A stretch of DNA of 61,038 nucleotides, taken from assembly GCA_945897985.1 (NCBI GenBank), contig CAMDGN010000001.1, positions 1 through 61,038 of the forward strand, written 5' to 3'. The stretch is from a candidate division WWE3 bacterium (GTDB taxonomy: Bacteria > Patescibacteriota > WWE3 > UBA101185 > UBA10185). Within the stretch, counting starts at the first letter, position 1. Each line of letters starts with the position of its first letter. Shown one piece after another: positions 39,282 through 50,789 of this stretch. Position numbers and translations under genes: made by a program. The notes under the pieces were generated by a model. That model did not search any database. It was not told where the DNA came from and saw only the letters and a program-made list of their open reading frames with translations.

Positions 39282-39287
39282 CGAATG

Positions 39288-39321
39288 AAGGGGATTTTGG
39301 TTTTGCAACCAAAATCCCCTT
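39288..39321. terminator. bidirectional hairpin terminator between the two convergent mini-genes
   Basis: 15-bp perfect stem aaggggattttggtt/aaccaaaatcccctt with loop ttgc. T/A-rich runs lie inside and next to the stem on both strands. Confidence 0.7.
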
Positions 39322-39325
39322 TCTC

Positions 39326-39538
39326 TCACTTGCAGCAATCGCAATTGCCGCAGTGGGTGCCGTACATTCCGTCGCTATTTTCATAGCGGTTGCAGTTCCG
39401 ACATGCGTCGCCACTTTGGCGCACTTCCATCGGTGCTGCTGTGGGTTTTTGAATTGGAGGTAACTCAACCTCCTTGTAAAGGCGTCCTCCTACAAATTCA
39501 TAAACTTCCCCGAAGAAGTTTAACTGACAAACACCCAT
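39326..39538 (-). CDS. 70-aa orphan protein with C-terminal zinc-ribbon-like CxxC...CxxCxCC
   Basis: AAGGAGG lies 6 nt before the ATG. TTGAAA-17-TATAAT upstream (39572-39600, minus). GC-rich. Confidence 0.6.
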   Translation of the reverse strand: MGVCQLNFFGEVYEFVGGRLYKEVELPPIQKPTAAPMEVRQSGDACRNCNRYENSDGMYGTHCGNCDCCK

Positions 39539-39571
39539 AATCTTCCTCCTTTTATATTATAGGTTATAAAT

Positions 39572-39600
39572 ATTATACAATTTTTTGATGTTTTTTTCAA
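39572..39600 (-). promoter_or_regulatory. promoter TTGAAA-17-TATAAT for ORF 39326..39538
   Basis: Hexamers are the complements of 39595-39600 and 39572-39577. The -10 region shares the 15-mer TATAATATTTATAAC with the 13349 promoter. Confidence 0.55.
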
Positions 39601-39646
39601 CTTATTTTTTTCCTACTTTCTCCCCAATTTTCGGTAAAACTTCTTG

Positions 39647-39674
39647 TTGACATTTAGTTATAAAAAAATATAAT
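39647..39674 (+). promoter_or_regulatory. consensus promoter TTGACA-16-TATAAT ahead of tRNA-Ala/23S/5S
   Basis: TTGACA at 39647-39652 and TATAAT at 39669-39674, about 120 nt upstream of tRNA-Ala. Confidence 0.6.
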
Positions 39675-39795
39675 TGTTCTTACGGAAATGGAAAAGCCCA
39701 AATGGCTGGTGGAGAATTTTACCTTCGTAACAAAGAAGCTCTGATTCAATCCAAATTATTTTAAATAATAATATTACTCTAAGGAAGCTACTCTT

Positions 39796-39871
39796 GGGCC
39801 CATAGCTTAGTTGGTAGAGCGCCACTTTTGCACAGTGGAGGTCAGGAGTTCGACTCTCCTTGGGTCCACCA
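39796..39871 (+). tRNA. tRNA-Ala (TGC)
   Basis: GGGCCCA acceptor with the G3:U70 context, anticodon stem CCACT/AGTGG, loop TTTGCAC, encoded CCA. Confidence 0.95.
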
Positions 39872-39945
39872 TAAAAACCGTATATTTAAATTGAACTTTG
39901 AAAATTGAATAAAATGTCATATTAGCATCTTCAAAAAACGATTTA

Positions 39946-42882
<2,937 letters not shown>

Positions 42883-42962
42883 TAGGTTTTTTGAAGACCT
42901 AAAGACATTTTATTCAATTTTAAGAGTTTAATTCTTTGAACTTTTACAATTTATTGGTTTTA

Positions 42963-43077
42963 CCTCGGTGATGATACCGGTAGGGACCCACCTCTTTCCA
43001 TTCCGAACAGAGCAGTTAAACCTACCAGGGCCGAAAATATTTAAGCTAGTCTTTGAGAAGATAGGTCGTCGCCGGGG
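42963..43077 (+). rRNA. rrf: 5S rRNA
   Basis: CCTCGGTGA...CCGAACAGAGCAGTTAAAC...TCGCCGGGG with helix I pairing. Extra flanking stem attggtttta/taaaaccaat. Confidence 0.9.
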
Positions 43078-43182
43078 TAAAACCAATAAATTATTTACTT
43101 ATACATCCAATTTCATTATAATCCCCATTAGTATTTCCCTAAAAGAAGTACAAGTATTTAGTTAAATGCCCAAGAAAATAAT

Positions 43183-44292
43183 ATGAAATCCTATCAAGTA
43201 TCAAACGTTAATTCCCAAATGGACGAGTTACTAAAATCAAATCCTATTGCTGTAAAACAGTTAAAAATAGCTGATTTGGTTAACGGTATCGTTGTCGAAG
43301 TATCAAAAGACCAAATCTTAGTTGATATTGGTTCAAAATCAGAAGGAATTGTACCTAAAGAAGAATTCACAGAAAATCACGAATTAGAAAAAACTCTAAA
43401 AATCGGTGATTCAATTGTTTGTTTAGTTGTACAACCTGAAGATAAACAAGGTTACGCAATTCTTTCTCTAAGAAAAGCTGAAAAAGAAAAAACCTGGAGA
43501 GATCTTGAAAATGCATTTAGAGATAATTCAATTATCGAATCAACTGTTATTGAATATAACAAAGGTGGTTTATTAGTTGATATTACTGGAACTAGAGGTT
43601 TCATTCCTCTATCTCACTTAAATAGAGCTCACTTCACTGAAGAAATCGGTGATTTCAACGGTGGATCCGAAAACGAACTTAAGAACGCTCTTAAAGTTCT
43701 TTCAGGAAAAAAACTAACTGTTAAAGTTATTGAAATCGATAAAGTTAAAAACAGATTAGTTCTATCCGAAAAAGACGCTTCATCTGAGTATTCAGAAGAA
43801 GAGAAAGTAAAGAAACTGCAAAGCGTAAAAGCTGGGGACGTTCTTAACGGAATTGTCACTGGAATTATGCAATTTGGTATCTTTGTTGATTTAGACGGTC
43901 TAGAAGGACTTGTACACATCTCAGAAATTGCTTGGGAAAAAGTTTCAAACCCTGGAGATTACTTCAGCGTTGGAGCTCCAATCAAAGTTTTAGTTTTAGG
44001 AATTGATGAAAATTCTAAGAAACTAGCCCTTTCTGTTAAGAGATTATCAAATAATCCATGGGAAGGTGTTGAGGAAAGATATAAAGTTGGGCAAGAAGTT
44101 AAAGGTAAAGTTTCTAAAGTTGTTCCATTTGGAGTATTCGTTACTCTAGAGCAAGGTTTAGAAGGACTTGTTCATATCTCTGAGCTTAAAGATAAATTAA
44201 ACGTAGGAGATGAAGTCGAAGCCTTGGTAACTAACATCGACGGAGCTAACCAAAAATTAGCTTTAAGTACTAAGCAGTTTAAAAGAGAATAA
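43183..44292 (+). CDS. rpsA: 30S ribosomal protein S1 (four S1 domains)
   Basis: 369 aa with four repeats of the G.V..I..FG.FV.L..G..GL.HISE pattern. Confidence 0.9.
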   Translation: MKSYQVSNVNSQMDELLKSNPIAVKQLKIADLVNGIVVEVSKDQILVDIGSKSEGIVPKEEFTENHELEKTLKIGDSIVCLVVQPEDKQGYAILSLRKAEKEKTWRDLENAFRDNSIIESTVIEYNKGGLLVDITGTRGFIPLSHLNRAHFTEEIGDFNGGSENELKNALKVLSGKKLTVKVIEIDKVKNRLVLSEKDASSEYSEEEKVKKLQSVKAGDVLNGIVTGIMQFGIFVDLDGLEGLVHISEIAWEKVSNPGDYFSVGAPIKVLVLGIDENSKKLALSVKRLSNNPWEGVEERYKVGQEVKGKVSKVVPFGVFVTLEQGLEGLVHISELKDKLNVGDEVEALVTNIDGANQKLALSTKQFKRE

Positions 44293-44295
44293 CAA

Positions 44296-46578
44296 TTGTT
44301 AATCTTAGATAAACTAACAGAAAAGGCTAAGGACGTATTGCTTGAGTTGTCTAAAAACAACTCAAGCTCTAAAGATGCTAAATCGGTTCTTGAGGTAATT
44401 AATAATTCCTCAGGAATCGGTAAGGCACTTATTCAAAGCATTCCCAAAATTAAAATTAAATTAGATGAAAGTGTTGATTTAAATGCTCTTGTTCAAGAAG
44501 CTTTCTATCAAGCTTACAAACTTAAAACCAGCTATGTTGGAACAGAACATCTTCTTTTAGCTCTTTTAAAATTAACTGGCAACAACGATTTAAGTCTTTT
44601 GACCAAAGAACTTGGAAAATTAAATTCTTTTCCTTCTTTTGTTAAAAGTGTTGAATCACAAAAAAGAACCCCAATTCTTGATGCGTTCGGAATTAATTTA
44701 AACAAAAAATACCTCTCTCAATCTGAAAAAGTTATAGCTAGAGATGAAGTGGATGTTTTAATTTCAATTCTATTGCAAAAAGATAATTATTCACCGCTAA
44801 TTGTTGGCGATTTGGGTGTTGGCAAAAGATCACTAGTTAATTTATTTGTTAATAAGTTAATTGATAACGAAGTTCCTTCCGTTTTGTTAGACACTACAAT
44901 AATTGATTTTGATATTGTCGGGTTCATCTCCAGTTTTTCAAATAAGGAAGGCCTAGAGTACGGAATTTCTTCTTTAACCGAGGAATTAGAAACCTTTGAT
45001 AAAGTAATTCTTTATTTCAAAAACTTCCAATCAATTTTCGTACCTACTCAAGGAGGTTTAACAGTCCCCCTTGCTTTTGCTATGATTCACGATCAGCTGA
45101 AAGACTATGGAGTTAAATTGATTGCTATTATGAACACACCAGTTTATGAAAAAGTTGTTGCTGAAAATGAACACGTATTAGACGGTTTCTCAACTATTTC
45201 TTTAGAGGAGCCTGAGGATGACATCAATAAAAAAATTATTAAAGAAAAATTAGCCGAACTTAAAAATTTCCACAATATTAAAGTTGAAGAAGATGTGGCT
45301 GAATTTGCCTTTAATAAAGCTAAAGAAATAAGAAATGCTAAATTTCCTAAGAAAGTTGTGGATTTATTAGATCAATCCTTTACAAAAATTTTACTTAAAA
45401 ATTCTAAAGTTCCTGCTAAATACAAAAATTTAATAAAGAAGAAAAATCTATTGTGGGAAGAGTTTAACGCTTTAATCGAAGAATCAGATTTTGGAGAGGC
45501 TCTAAAATTAAAAAATAAATTCGATAAAGCTAATGTCAGATTAGGTGAGGTTTACAAGGAAATCAACTCCTCAAAAAATTTAACGTTAACTACAGAAGAA
45601 ATTGACGATGTTTTAGAGGAAATGGGTAATATAAGAATTGGCTCCAAAAACCAAGATTTCACACATCTTTCAAAACTTTCAGAATCAATGAAAAAGATAA
45701 TTATTGGCCAAGATGAAAGTGTTGGTATTGTTGCCAAATCTTTGATTAAATCAAAATTAGGACTTAGAAATTCCAAAAAACCATTAGGTAACTTCCTATT
45801 TTTAGGTCCAACTGGGGTTGGTAAAACCGAATTTGCTAAAGCTTTGGCAACAGAATTTTATGGCCAAGGATCATTAATTAGACTTGATATGTCTGATTTT
45901 GCCGAAAAACACAATGTAGCTAGACTTGTTGGAGCACCTCCAGGATATGTTGGATTTGGTGAAGGCGGAGAACTTACAGAAAAGATCGAAAAAAATCCAT
46001 CTAGTGTTGTGTTATTTGACGAAATTGAGAAAGCACACCCCGATGTTTTAAATATCTTGCTTCAAATTATGGAGGAAGGTGAGCTAAACGATGCTAAAGG
46101 TCAGACTTTTGATTTTTCAAAGTCTGTAATTATTCTAACTTCAAACTTAGGAACCGAGTTCTTCCACAAAAATCAAATTGGACTTACAACTGAAACTTTT
46201 TCAAAGGAGCTTTCGAAGAATAAACTATTAGATAACTTGAAAAAAGTTATGAGGCCGGAGCTAATTAATAGATTTGATGAAGTTGTAATTTTCAGTCAAC
46301 TTGAAAAAGATGATCAAATTAGGATTTTAGACAAACAATTATTTGAACTATTTTCAATTCTTAAAAAACAAAAAATCGATTTAATTGTAACTAAAGCTGT
46401 TAATGACTTATTAATAGAAATCGGATACTCTAAGGAGTACGGTGCTAGAGGTCTCAAGAGAATGATTGAAAAAGAGTTGGTTAATAAAATCGCCGAAGTT
46501 TTACTTTCAAATCCGGAAAGACCTTTATCTCTAAAAGCAGTAGAAAAAGATAAAGAAATTCATATCCAGAAGAAGTAA
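44296..46578 (+). CDS. ClpC/ClpB-like AAA+ chaperone with degenerate first nucleotide-binding domain (TTG start)
   Basis: Clp-N motif GTEHLLLALL. D1 Walker A GDLGVGKRS but no DE Walker B (ILYFKNF). D2 is intact (GPTGVGKTE, VVLFDEIEKAH). Confidence 0.8.
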   Translation: MLILDKLTEKAKDVLLELSKNNSSSKDAKSVLEVINNSSGIGKALIQSIPKIKIKLDESVDLNALVQEAFYQAYKLKTSYVGTEHLLLALLKLTGNNDLSLLTKELGKLNSFPSFVKSVESQKRTPILDAFGINLNKKYLSQSEKVIARDEVDVLISILLQKDNYSPLIVGDLGVGKRSLVNLFVNKLIDNEVPSVLLDTTIIDFDIVGFISSFSNKEGLEYGISSLTEELETFDKVILYFKNFQSIFVPTQGGLTVPLAFAMIHDQLKDYGVKLIAIMNTPVYEKVVAENEHVLDGFSTISLEEPEDDINKKIIKEKLAELKNFHNIKVEEDVAEFAFNKAKEIRNAKFPKKVVDLLDQSFTKILLKNSKVPAKYKNLIKKKNLLWEEFNALIEESDFGEALKLKNKFDKANVRLGEVYKEINSSKNLTLTTEEIDDVLEEMGNIRIGSKNQDFTHLSKLSESMKKIIIGQDESVGIVAKSLIKSKLGLRNSKKPLGNFLFLGPTGVGKTEFAKALATEFYGQGSLIRLDMSDFAEKHNVARLVGAPPGYVGFGEGGELTEKIEKNPSSVVLFDEIEKAHPDVLNILLQIMEEGELNDAKGQTFDFSKSVIILTSNLGTEFFHKNQIGLTTETFSKELSKNKLLDNLKKVMRPELINRFDEVVIFSQLEKDDQIRILDKQLFELFSILKKQKIDLIVTKAVNDLLIEIGYSKEYGARGLKRMIEKELVNKIAEVLLSNPERPLSLKAVEKDKEIHIQKK

Positions 46579-46593
46579 AATTTTAAACTTAAA

Positions 46594-47919
46594 ATGGCAA
46601 AATCCAAAACTGTATATATCTGTCAAAGTTGTTCGTACCAATCAATACGTTGGACTGGTCAATGTCCCGAGTGTAATGCTTGGAATACTTTAGTTGAGGA
46701 AGTAATCTCCAAAACCCCAGTCGGGGCTGCAAAATCTTATTCAAATGTAAATGTTAAATTGATTCGACTTGCCGATGTTAAATACGAAGAATCGAAAAGA
46801 TTCTCTTCTGGGTTTAGCGAATTTGATCGAGTTTTAGGCGGCGGTTTTGTTGCAGGTCAAGTTATTTTAATGGCTGGCGAGCCTGGAATTGGAAAATCAA
46901 CAATTCTAACTCAGATCTGCCGCAACCTTTCTAATGACAAAATTTTATATGTTTGCGGCGAAGAAAACCCTGATCAAATTAAATTAAGAGCTGAACGACT
47001 TGGTGTAAATACTCATAACTTATTTATGATCACTGATACCGACGTAGAAATTATTATTGCTGGTGTTGAGCAAAATCCTGATACAAAACTTTTAATAATA
47101 GATTCAATGCAAACTTTAACCTCAAGTGAATTCATGGGAATTGCAGGAAGTGTGGGTCAAGTAAGAGGTTGTATTCAAAAAGTTGCTGAGGTTGTTAAAA
47201 GGTTAAACATTTCAACCATTGTTATTGGTCATGTAACTAAGGAAGGAACAGTTGCCGGCCCTAAAGTTTTAGAACACTTAGTGGACACAGTTTTATATTT
47301 AGAAGGGGATCACAACCATCTTTTTAGAGTCCTAAAAACTATCAAGAATCGATTTGGACCTGTATCTGAAATTGGACTCTTTGAGATGGCTGAAGAGGGT
47401 TTACGGGAGGTTTTAAACCCCTCAGAGATATTTTTATCAGAGAGGTCTAAGGTTTCCGTTGGAAGTTGCGTTTCAGTTGTAATGGAAGGTTTTAGACCCT
47501 TAATGTTTGAGATACAAGTTTTAACCACCAAAACAATGTTTGGTTATCCAATGAGAAAAGCCTCAGGATTTAATGTAAACAGATTGCAGTTATTGATCGC
47601 TGTATTAGAGAAAAAATGCAAAATTGATTTATCCCAACAAGATGTTTTTGTAAATGTAGCTGGAGGGTTTAAAGTTTCAGAGTACGGGGTCGACTTGGCT
47701 GTTTGTTTAGCCCTAGTTTCTTCCGTTAATAATAAAACAATTAATTCAGACCTTTGCGCTTTTGGTGAGGTAGGTCTTTTGGGAGAGATAAGAAAAGTTT
47801 CCCAAATGGATAAAAGAGTTTCAGAAGCCAAAAAACTTGGTTTCAAAAAAATTGTATCCCCAAATGATTACAAAAATATTGCAGATGCTGTTTCGGAACT
47901 ATTTCCAAAAAATAAATAG
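46594..47919 (+). CDS. radA: DNA repair protein RadA/Sms
   Basis: N-terminal CxxC...CxxC zinc finger, Walker A GEPGIGKST, KNRFG motif, and a Lon-like C-domain. Confidence 0.95.
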   Translation: MAKSKTVYICQSCSYQSIRWTGQCPECNAWNTLVEEVISKTPVGAAKSYSNVNVKLIRLADVKYEESKRFSSGFSEFDRVLGGGFVAGQVILMAGEPGIGKSTILTQICRNLSNDKILYVCGEENPDQIKLRAERLGVNTHNLFMITDTDVEIIIAGVEQNPDTKLLIIDSMQTLTSSEFMGIAGSVGQVRGCIQKVAEVVKRLNISTIVIGHVTKEGTVAGPKVLEHLVDTVLYLEGDHNHLFRVLKTIKNRFGPVSEIGLFEMAEEGLREVLNPSEIFLSERSKVSVGSCVSVVMEGFRPLMFEIQVLTTKTMFGYPMRKASGFNVNRLQLLIAVLEKKCKIDLSQQDVFVNVAGGFKVSEYGVDLAVCLALVSSVNNKTINSDLCAFGEVGLLGEIRKVSQMDKRVSEAKKLGFKKIVSPNDYKNIADAVSELFPKNK

Positions 47920-47921
47920 AA

Positions 47922-48254
47922 TTATTCCTCTATTGAAGTATTTCTTACTTTCCAATCCATAACTGAAAGGAAATACCAGGGTAAAGCAAAACCAACAGTT
48001 ATTAATAAAATAAATGCCCATTTAATCCAGAACCAGACTAGCGATCTACCCGTTCCATTAAATTTTAATCTTTTACCATTAATAACCGTGTGCTCAACTT
48101 CCCATTTAAAAGATCTAGCGATTACATATGGGTAGGCTATACCTATTGATAGTAAAGTAATGAATAAATTGGTGATCTGAAGAACTATAAATCCTACTAA
48201 GCCTCCGTCGAAATAAGATTCCATAACTGTAACTTGTTTTGTTTTATCTTCCAT
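47922..48254 (-). CDS. small membrane protein, DUF898/YjgN-like
   Basis: 110 aa with two TM hairpins and F.G.G...W motifs typical of DUF898. Confidence 0.5.
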   Translation of the reverse strand: MEDKTKQVTVMESYFDGGLVGFIVLQITNLFITLLSIGIAYPYVIARSFKWEVEHTVINGKRLKFNGTGRSLVWFWIKWAFILLITVGFALPWYFLSVMDWKVRNTSIEE

Positions 48255-48323
48255 TTTGATTTTTTCCGAACAAATACTTACTATAGTATAAACATAAATA
48301 ATTTTATGTTGTAGTATAAATTT

Positions 48324-48722
48324 ATGAATAAAATAATTATTGCCCTAGTTATTCTTTCGATTACATTTGGTGCTGGCTACTATTTCTTTTTTAGACCTAT
48401 TCCAACCTCTCAAAACGATAAAATGAAAGCTGAGGAGCTTCAAGCAGATCCTTTGACTGTTGTTTATACCAATGAAGGCTATTTTCCAAAAGAAATCAAA
48501 ATTAAAAAAGGTGAAACCGTAAAATATATAAACATGTCAGATCGAAGGGTTTGGACTGCTTCAGACGAGCACCCAGCTCACACAATCTACCCGGAATTTG
48601 ATCAAAAAACTGCCGCAGGCAGAGGAAATGAATACACTTTTAAATTTGATAGAGTTGGAACTTGGGGATACCATAACCACGCAAACGCAAAGCATATAGG
48701 CACAGTTACTGTAACCGAATAA
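48324..48722 (+). CDS. membrane-anchored cupredoxin-like domain protein
   Basis: 132 aa. IKIKKGETVKYINMSD...HP...GTWGYHNH resembles EfeO-N/cupredoxin-type small domains. Confidence 0.5.
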   Translation: MNKIIIALVILSITFGAGYYFFFRPIPTSQNDKMKAEELQADPLTVVYTNEGYFPKEIKIKKGETVKYINMSDRRVWTASDEHPAHTIYPEFDQKTAAGRGNEYTFKFDRVGTWGYHNHANAKHIGTVTVTE

Positions 48723-48811
48723 TTTCAAATCTATTTTAAATAGAAAATTTTAAATAATTTTTAATAAATTAATGATAAATTTGTAATTAATAATTTGGTT
48801 TAATAGGCAGG

Positions 48812-48860
48812 AAAAACTCTCCACAAGAAACGTCAATTGCGATAACCGCAGAGAGTTTTT
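48812..48860 (+). other. 10-bp stem (aaaaactctc/gagagttttt) enclosing a 29-nt loop, followed by a T run; first of several hairpins in a 390-nt non-coding gap
   Basis: Seen by eye. Further hairpins: ctcga-tttc-tcgag (about 48874-48887) and gtagtt-attt-aactac (about 48920-48935). Confidence 0.3.
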
Positions 48861-49050
48861 TAACAATTAAACCCTCGATTTCTCGAGAATAAAATCTAAC
48901 TTCAGGACAGATGAAGTCTGTAGTTATTTAACTACATACTAAAAAGTTATCCAGCAAGATGTATTAGTAGATTCACACTTTTAGATTGGATTATCTATTA
49001 AAAATAGAAAATAAATTGAATTTTTTATCTTTTTATCTAGCTAAAAGTGC

Positions 49051-49078
49051 TTGAAATTTCAGCAAAATTTAATATGAT
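49051..49078 (+). promoter_or_regulatory. candidate promoter TTGAAA-16-TATGAT
   Basis: Hexamers at 49051-49056 and 49073-49078, 34 nt before the SD-led ATG at 49112. Confidence 0.5.
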
Positions 49079-49111
49079 ATACCGGTTCGCTTAAATATCT
49101 GGAGGGATATT

Positions 49112-49552
49112 ATGTTTCGATGGATCGCTGTTTTTGTAGGCCTTCTTTTGGTGTTCGGAATCTACAGTTATGTGAGCCAAGAGCAAAAGGTAACCTTAGC
49201 TCAGACCGAAGCTCAGACTGAAACACCGACTGAAGCTCAGGTTGGGAAAGGCACTTCTCTTTCCGCGCTTGATGCGAGTGGGAAACTTCGGTACCTCACT
49301 ACAGAATGGGAAAGTTTGGAATTAGCAAATAAGGAAGTGAAGCAAGGAGAGTTTTGTTATGGAGACGAAGTTTCCTACAACAATCAAAACTTTAACTGGA
49401 AAGTTGTTCACTTCAACTCTCCTGCAAAAGTTTATGTTAAGTGGGGCGCTTGCACTACTGAGCCTTATACTTTTGAGCAGATTAAAAGTTTTCTCCAAGC
49501 TCGCTACCCTAATCGCCCGGGCAACTGGGAAGGCGCCGTCGAAGCTCCATGA
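49112..49552 (+). CDS. membrane-anchored orphan protein (146 aa) with Cys-containing C-terminal domain
   Basis: GGAGGG SD. N-terminal TM segment, TEAQTETPTEAQ linker, and a C-domain paralogous to the next gene. GC-rich. Confidence 0.65.
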   Translation: MFRWIAVFVGLLLVFGIYSYVSQEQKVTLAQTEAQTETPTEAQVGKGTSLSALDASGKLRYLTTEWESLELANKEVKQGEFCYGDEVSYNNQNFNWKVVHFNSPAKVYVKWGACTTEPYTFEQIKSFLQARYPNRPGNWEGAVEAP

Positions 49553-49578
49553 GAATTTGTACATTTGATTGGAGTAAT

Positions 49579-49607
49579 GGGGTGGTTGGATTTTATCCAA
49601 CCACCCC
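49579..49607 (+). terminator. rho-independent terminator
   Basis: 13-bp stem ggggtggttggat/atccaaccacccc with loop ttt, followed by GATTCTTTT. Confidence 0.7.
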
Positions 49608-49639
49608 GATTCTTTTAGACTCAAAATAACCCATAGATA

Positions 49640-49668
49640 TTGACATATAGGTCAAAAAGTCCTAAAAT
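49640..49668 (+). promoter_or_regulatory. promoter TTGACA-17-TAAAAT
   Basis: Hexamers at 49640-49645 and 49663-49668. The TTG the ORF track used as a start is actually the -35 box. Confidence 0.6.
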
Positions 49669-49720
49669 ACACACGCGATTTGAAATCGCAAAGTTTACAT
49701 ATCATGGAGGAGAGAAAGAT

Positions 49721-50686
49721 ATGACGACACCAAAGAGTCCGAGCGAAAAGCTCAAGGCCATCCGTGACGAACAGGCCCGTAAAAAGGCCGAATTTGATGC
49801 GGAGCAGTTGAAGCTTATCGAGGCCTTGCGCCTCGAAAACGAGGCAGCTATTTTCTCCGAGGAAGCTGTAGCGAAAGCTGCAGCAGAAGAGTTTGACAAG
49901 GCTGAAAAAGTTGCAGAAACTGCTTTCAAAGAGGCGGAAGCCAAAAAGAAAGTTGTTCAGAAGCTAACAGATCAGCATTTAAAACTTTTTGGAAGAAAGC
50001 CCTCATCCAAATATAAGGATTCTGATGACACAGACGAAGGGCTCGCCCCGAGTTTGAAGGATTGGGTTTCTAAAATCTGGGGTTGGATGGTTTTCCTTCT
50101 TCCGAAGGTATTCAAGGTTCTCCTTCTGGCGGTCATTGCCTGGTTTTTGGTTTGGGGATATTTTGGGATTGCGAATTTCATGGGGAATGCGGATGCTAGT
50201 GTTGGTTACGATGCTGGAGCTATATCAGATCCAGAATCAACAGTAGTACCTACAACAAGCATTCCAGAGCCAACTGCGCTTTCTGAATCAGTTGTTGAAC
50301 AAACAGCCGTACCAGAACCAACAGCTGAGCCGACTGCGATTGCCAATTCTAACCCAAAGCCTATAAAGCCTATGGAACAAAAGCCAAAGCCTGTTGCTAA
50401 GCCAACGTCGGTACCAGTAGCTCCTGCGATTCCAATAACATGGAACAGCGGACCAACTGGATCTTACAAGCCCATGGCTGGCATGATCTGCCATGGCGAC
50501 ATGGTAGGTCCGTTTGGTTCCTCAGACGGGACCCGTCCAGTCATTGTTCAATTCTGGTCTAATCAACCAGAGCCACTGAACATGGTGTGGGTCTCTTGTG
50601 AGGTCAATACCGGCCGAAATCTTAACCAGATTAAGGCTGAGATTGAAGCCAAGTACGGAAAGACCTTTGAGGTGGTCAATAACTAA
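49721..50686 (+). CDS. orphan bitopic protein (321 aa): Ala/Glu/Lys coiled-coil, TM, Pro/Thr linker, shared C-domain
   Basis: Start reassigned to the ATG at 49721, preceded by GGAGGAGAGAAAGAT. The C-terminal about 70 aa align with the C-domain of ORF 49112..49552. Confidence 0.65.
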   Translation: MTTPKSPSEKLKAIRDEQARKKAEFDAEQLKLIEALRLENEAAIFSEEAVAKAAAEEFDKAEKVAETAFKEAEAKKKVVQKLTDQHLKLFGRKPSSKYKDSDDTDEGLAPSLKDWVSKIWGWMVFLLPKVFKVLLLAVIAWFLVWGYFGIANFMGNADASVGYDAGAISDPESTVVPTTSIPEPTALSESVVEQTAVPEPTAEPTAIANSNPKPIKPMEQKPKPVAKPTSVPVAPAIPITWNSGPTGSYKPMAGMICHGDMVGPFGSSDGTRPVIVQFWSNQPEPLNMVWVSCEVNTGRNLNQIKAEIEAKYGKTFEVVNN

Positions 50687-50692
50687 CCTCAC

Positions 50693-50721
50693 GAGGGACG
50701 GTAATTTTATTACCGTCCCTC
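50693..50721 (+). terminator. rho-independent terminator
   Basis: 13-bp stem gagggacggtaat/attaccgtccctc with loop ttt, 6 nt after the stop codon. Confidence 0.7.
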
Positions 50722-50789
50722 CATTCGTTTCTATTCTAAATCCCTAATTACGATTAATAAAAAATTATTAAATACGCTAAAATAAGATA

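Noticed and set aside
39244-39468. Alternative-frame ORFs 39244..39468 (-) and 39272..39463 (+), overlapping the Cys-rich mini-gene region.
   Set aside because: Neither has an SD or a promoter, and both run through the terminator hairpin. Multi-frame openness is expected in a GC-rich patch. The SD-led ORFs 39051..39281 and 39326..39538 explain the region.
49322-50494. Alternative-frame ORFs inside the 49112-50686 islet: 49322..49624, 49359..49568, 49702..49944, 49972..50181 and 50288..50494.
   Set aside because: They are shadow frames in GC-rich coding DNA. None has an SD or promoter, and the two SD-led plus-strand genes account for the region.
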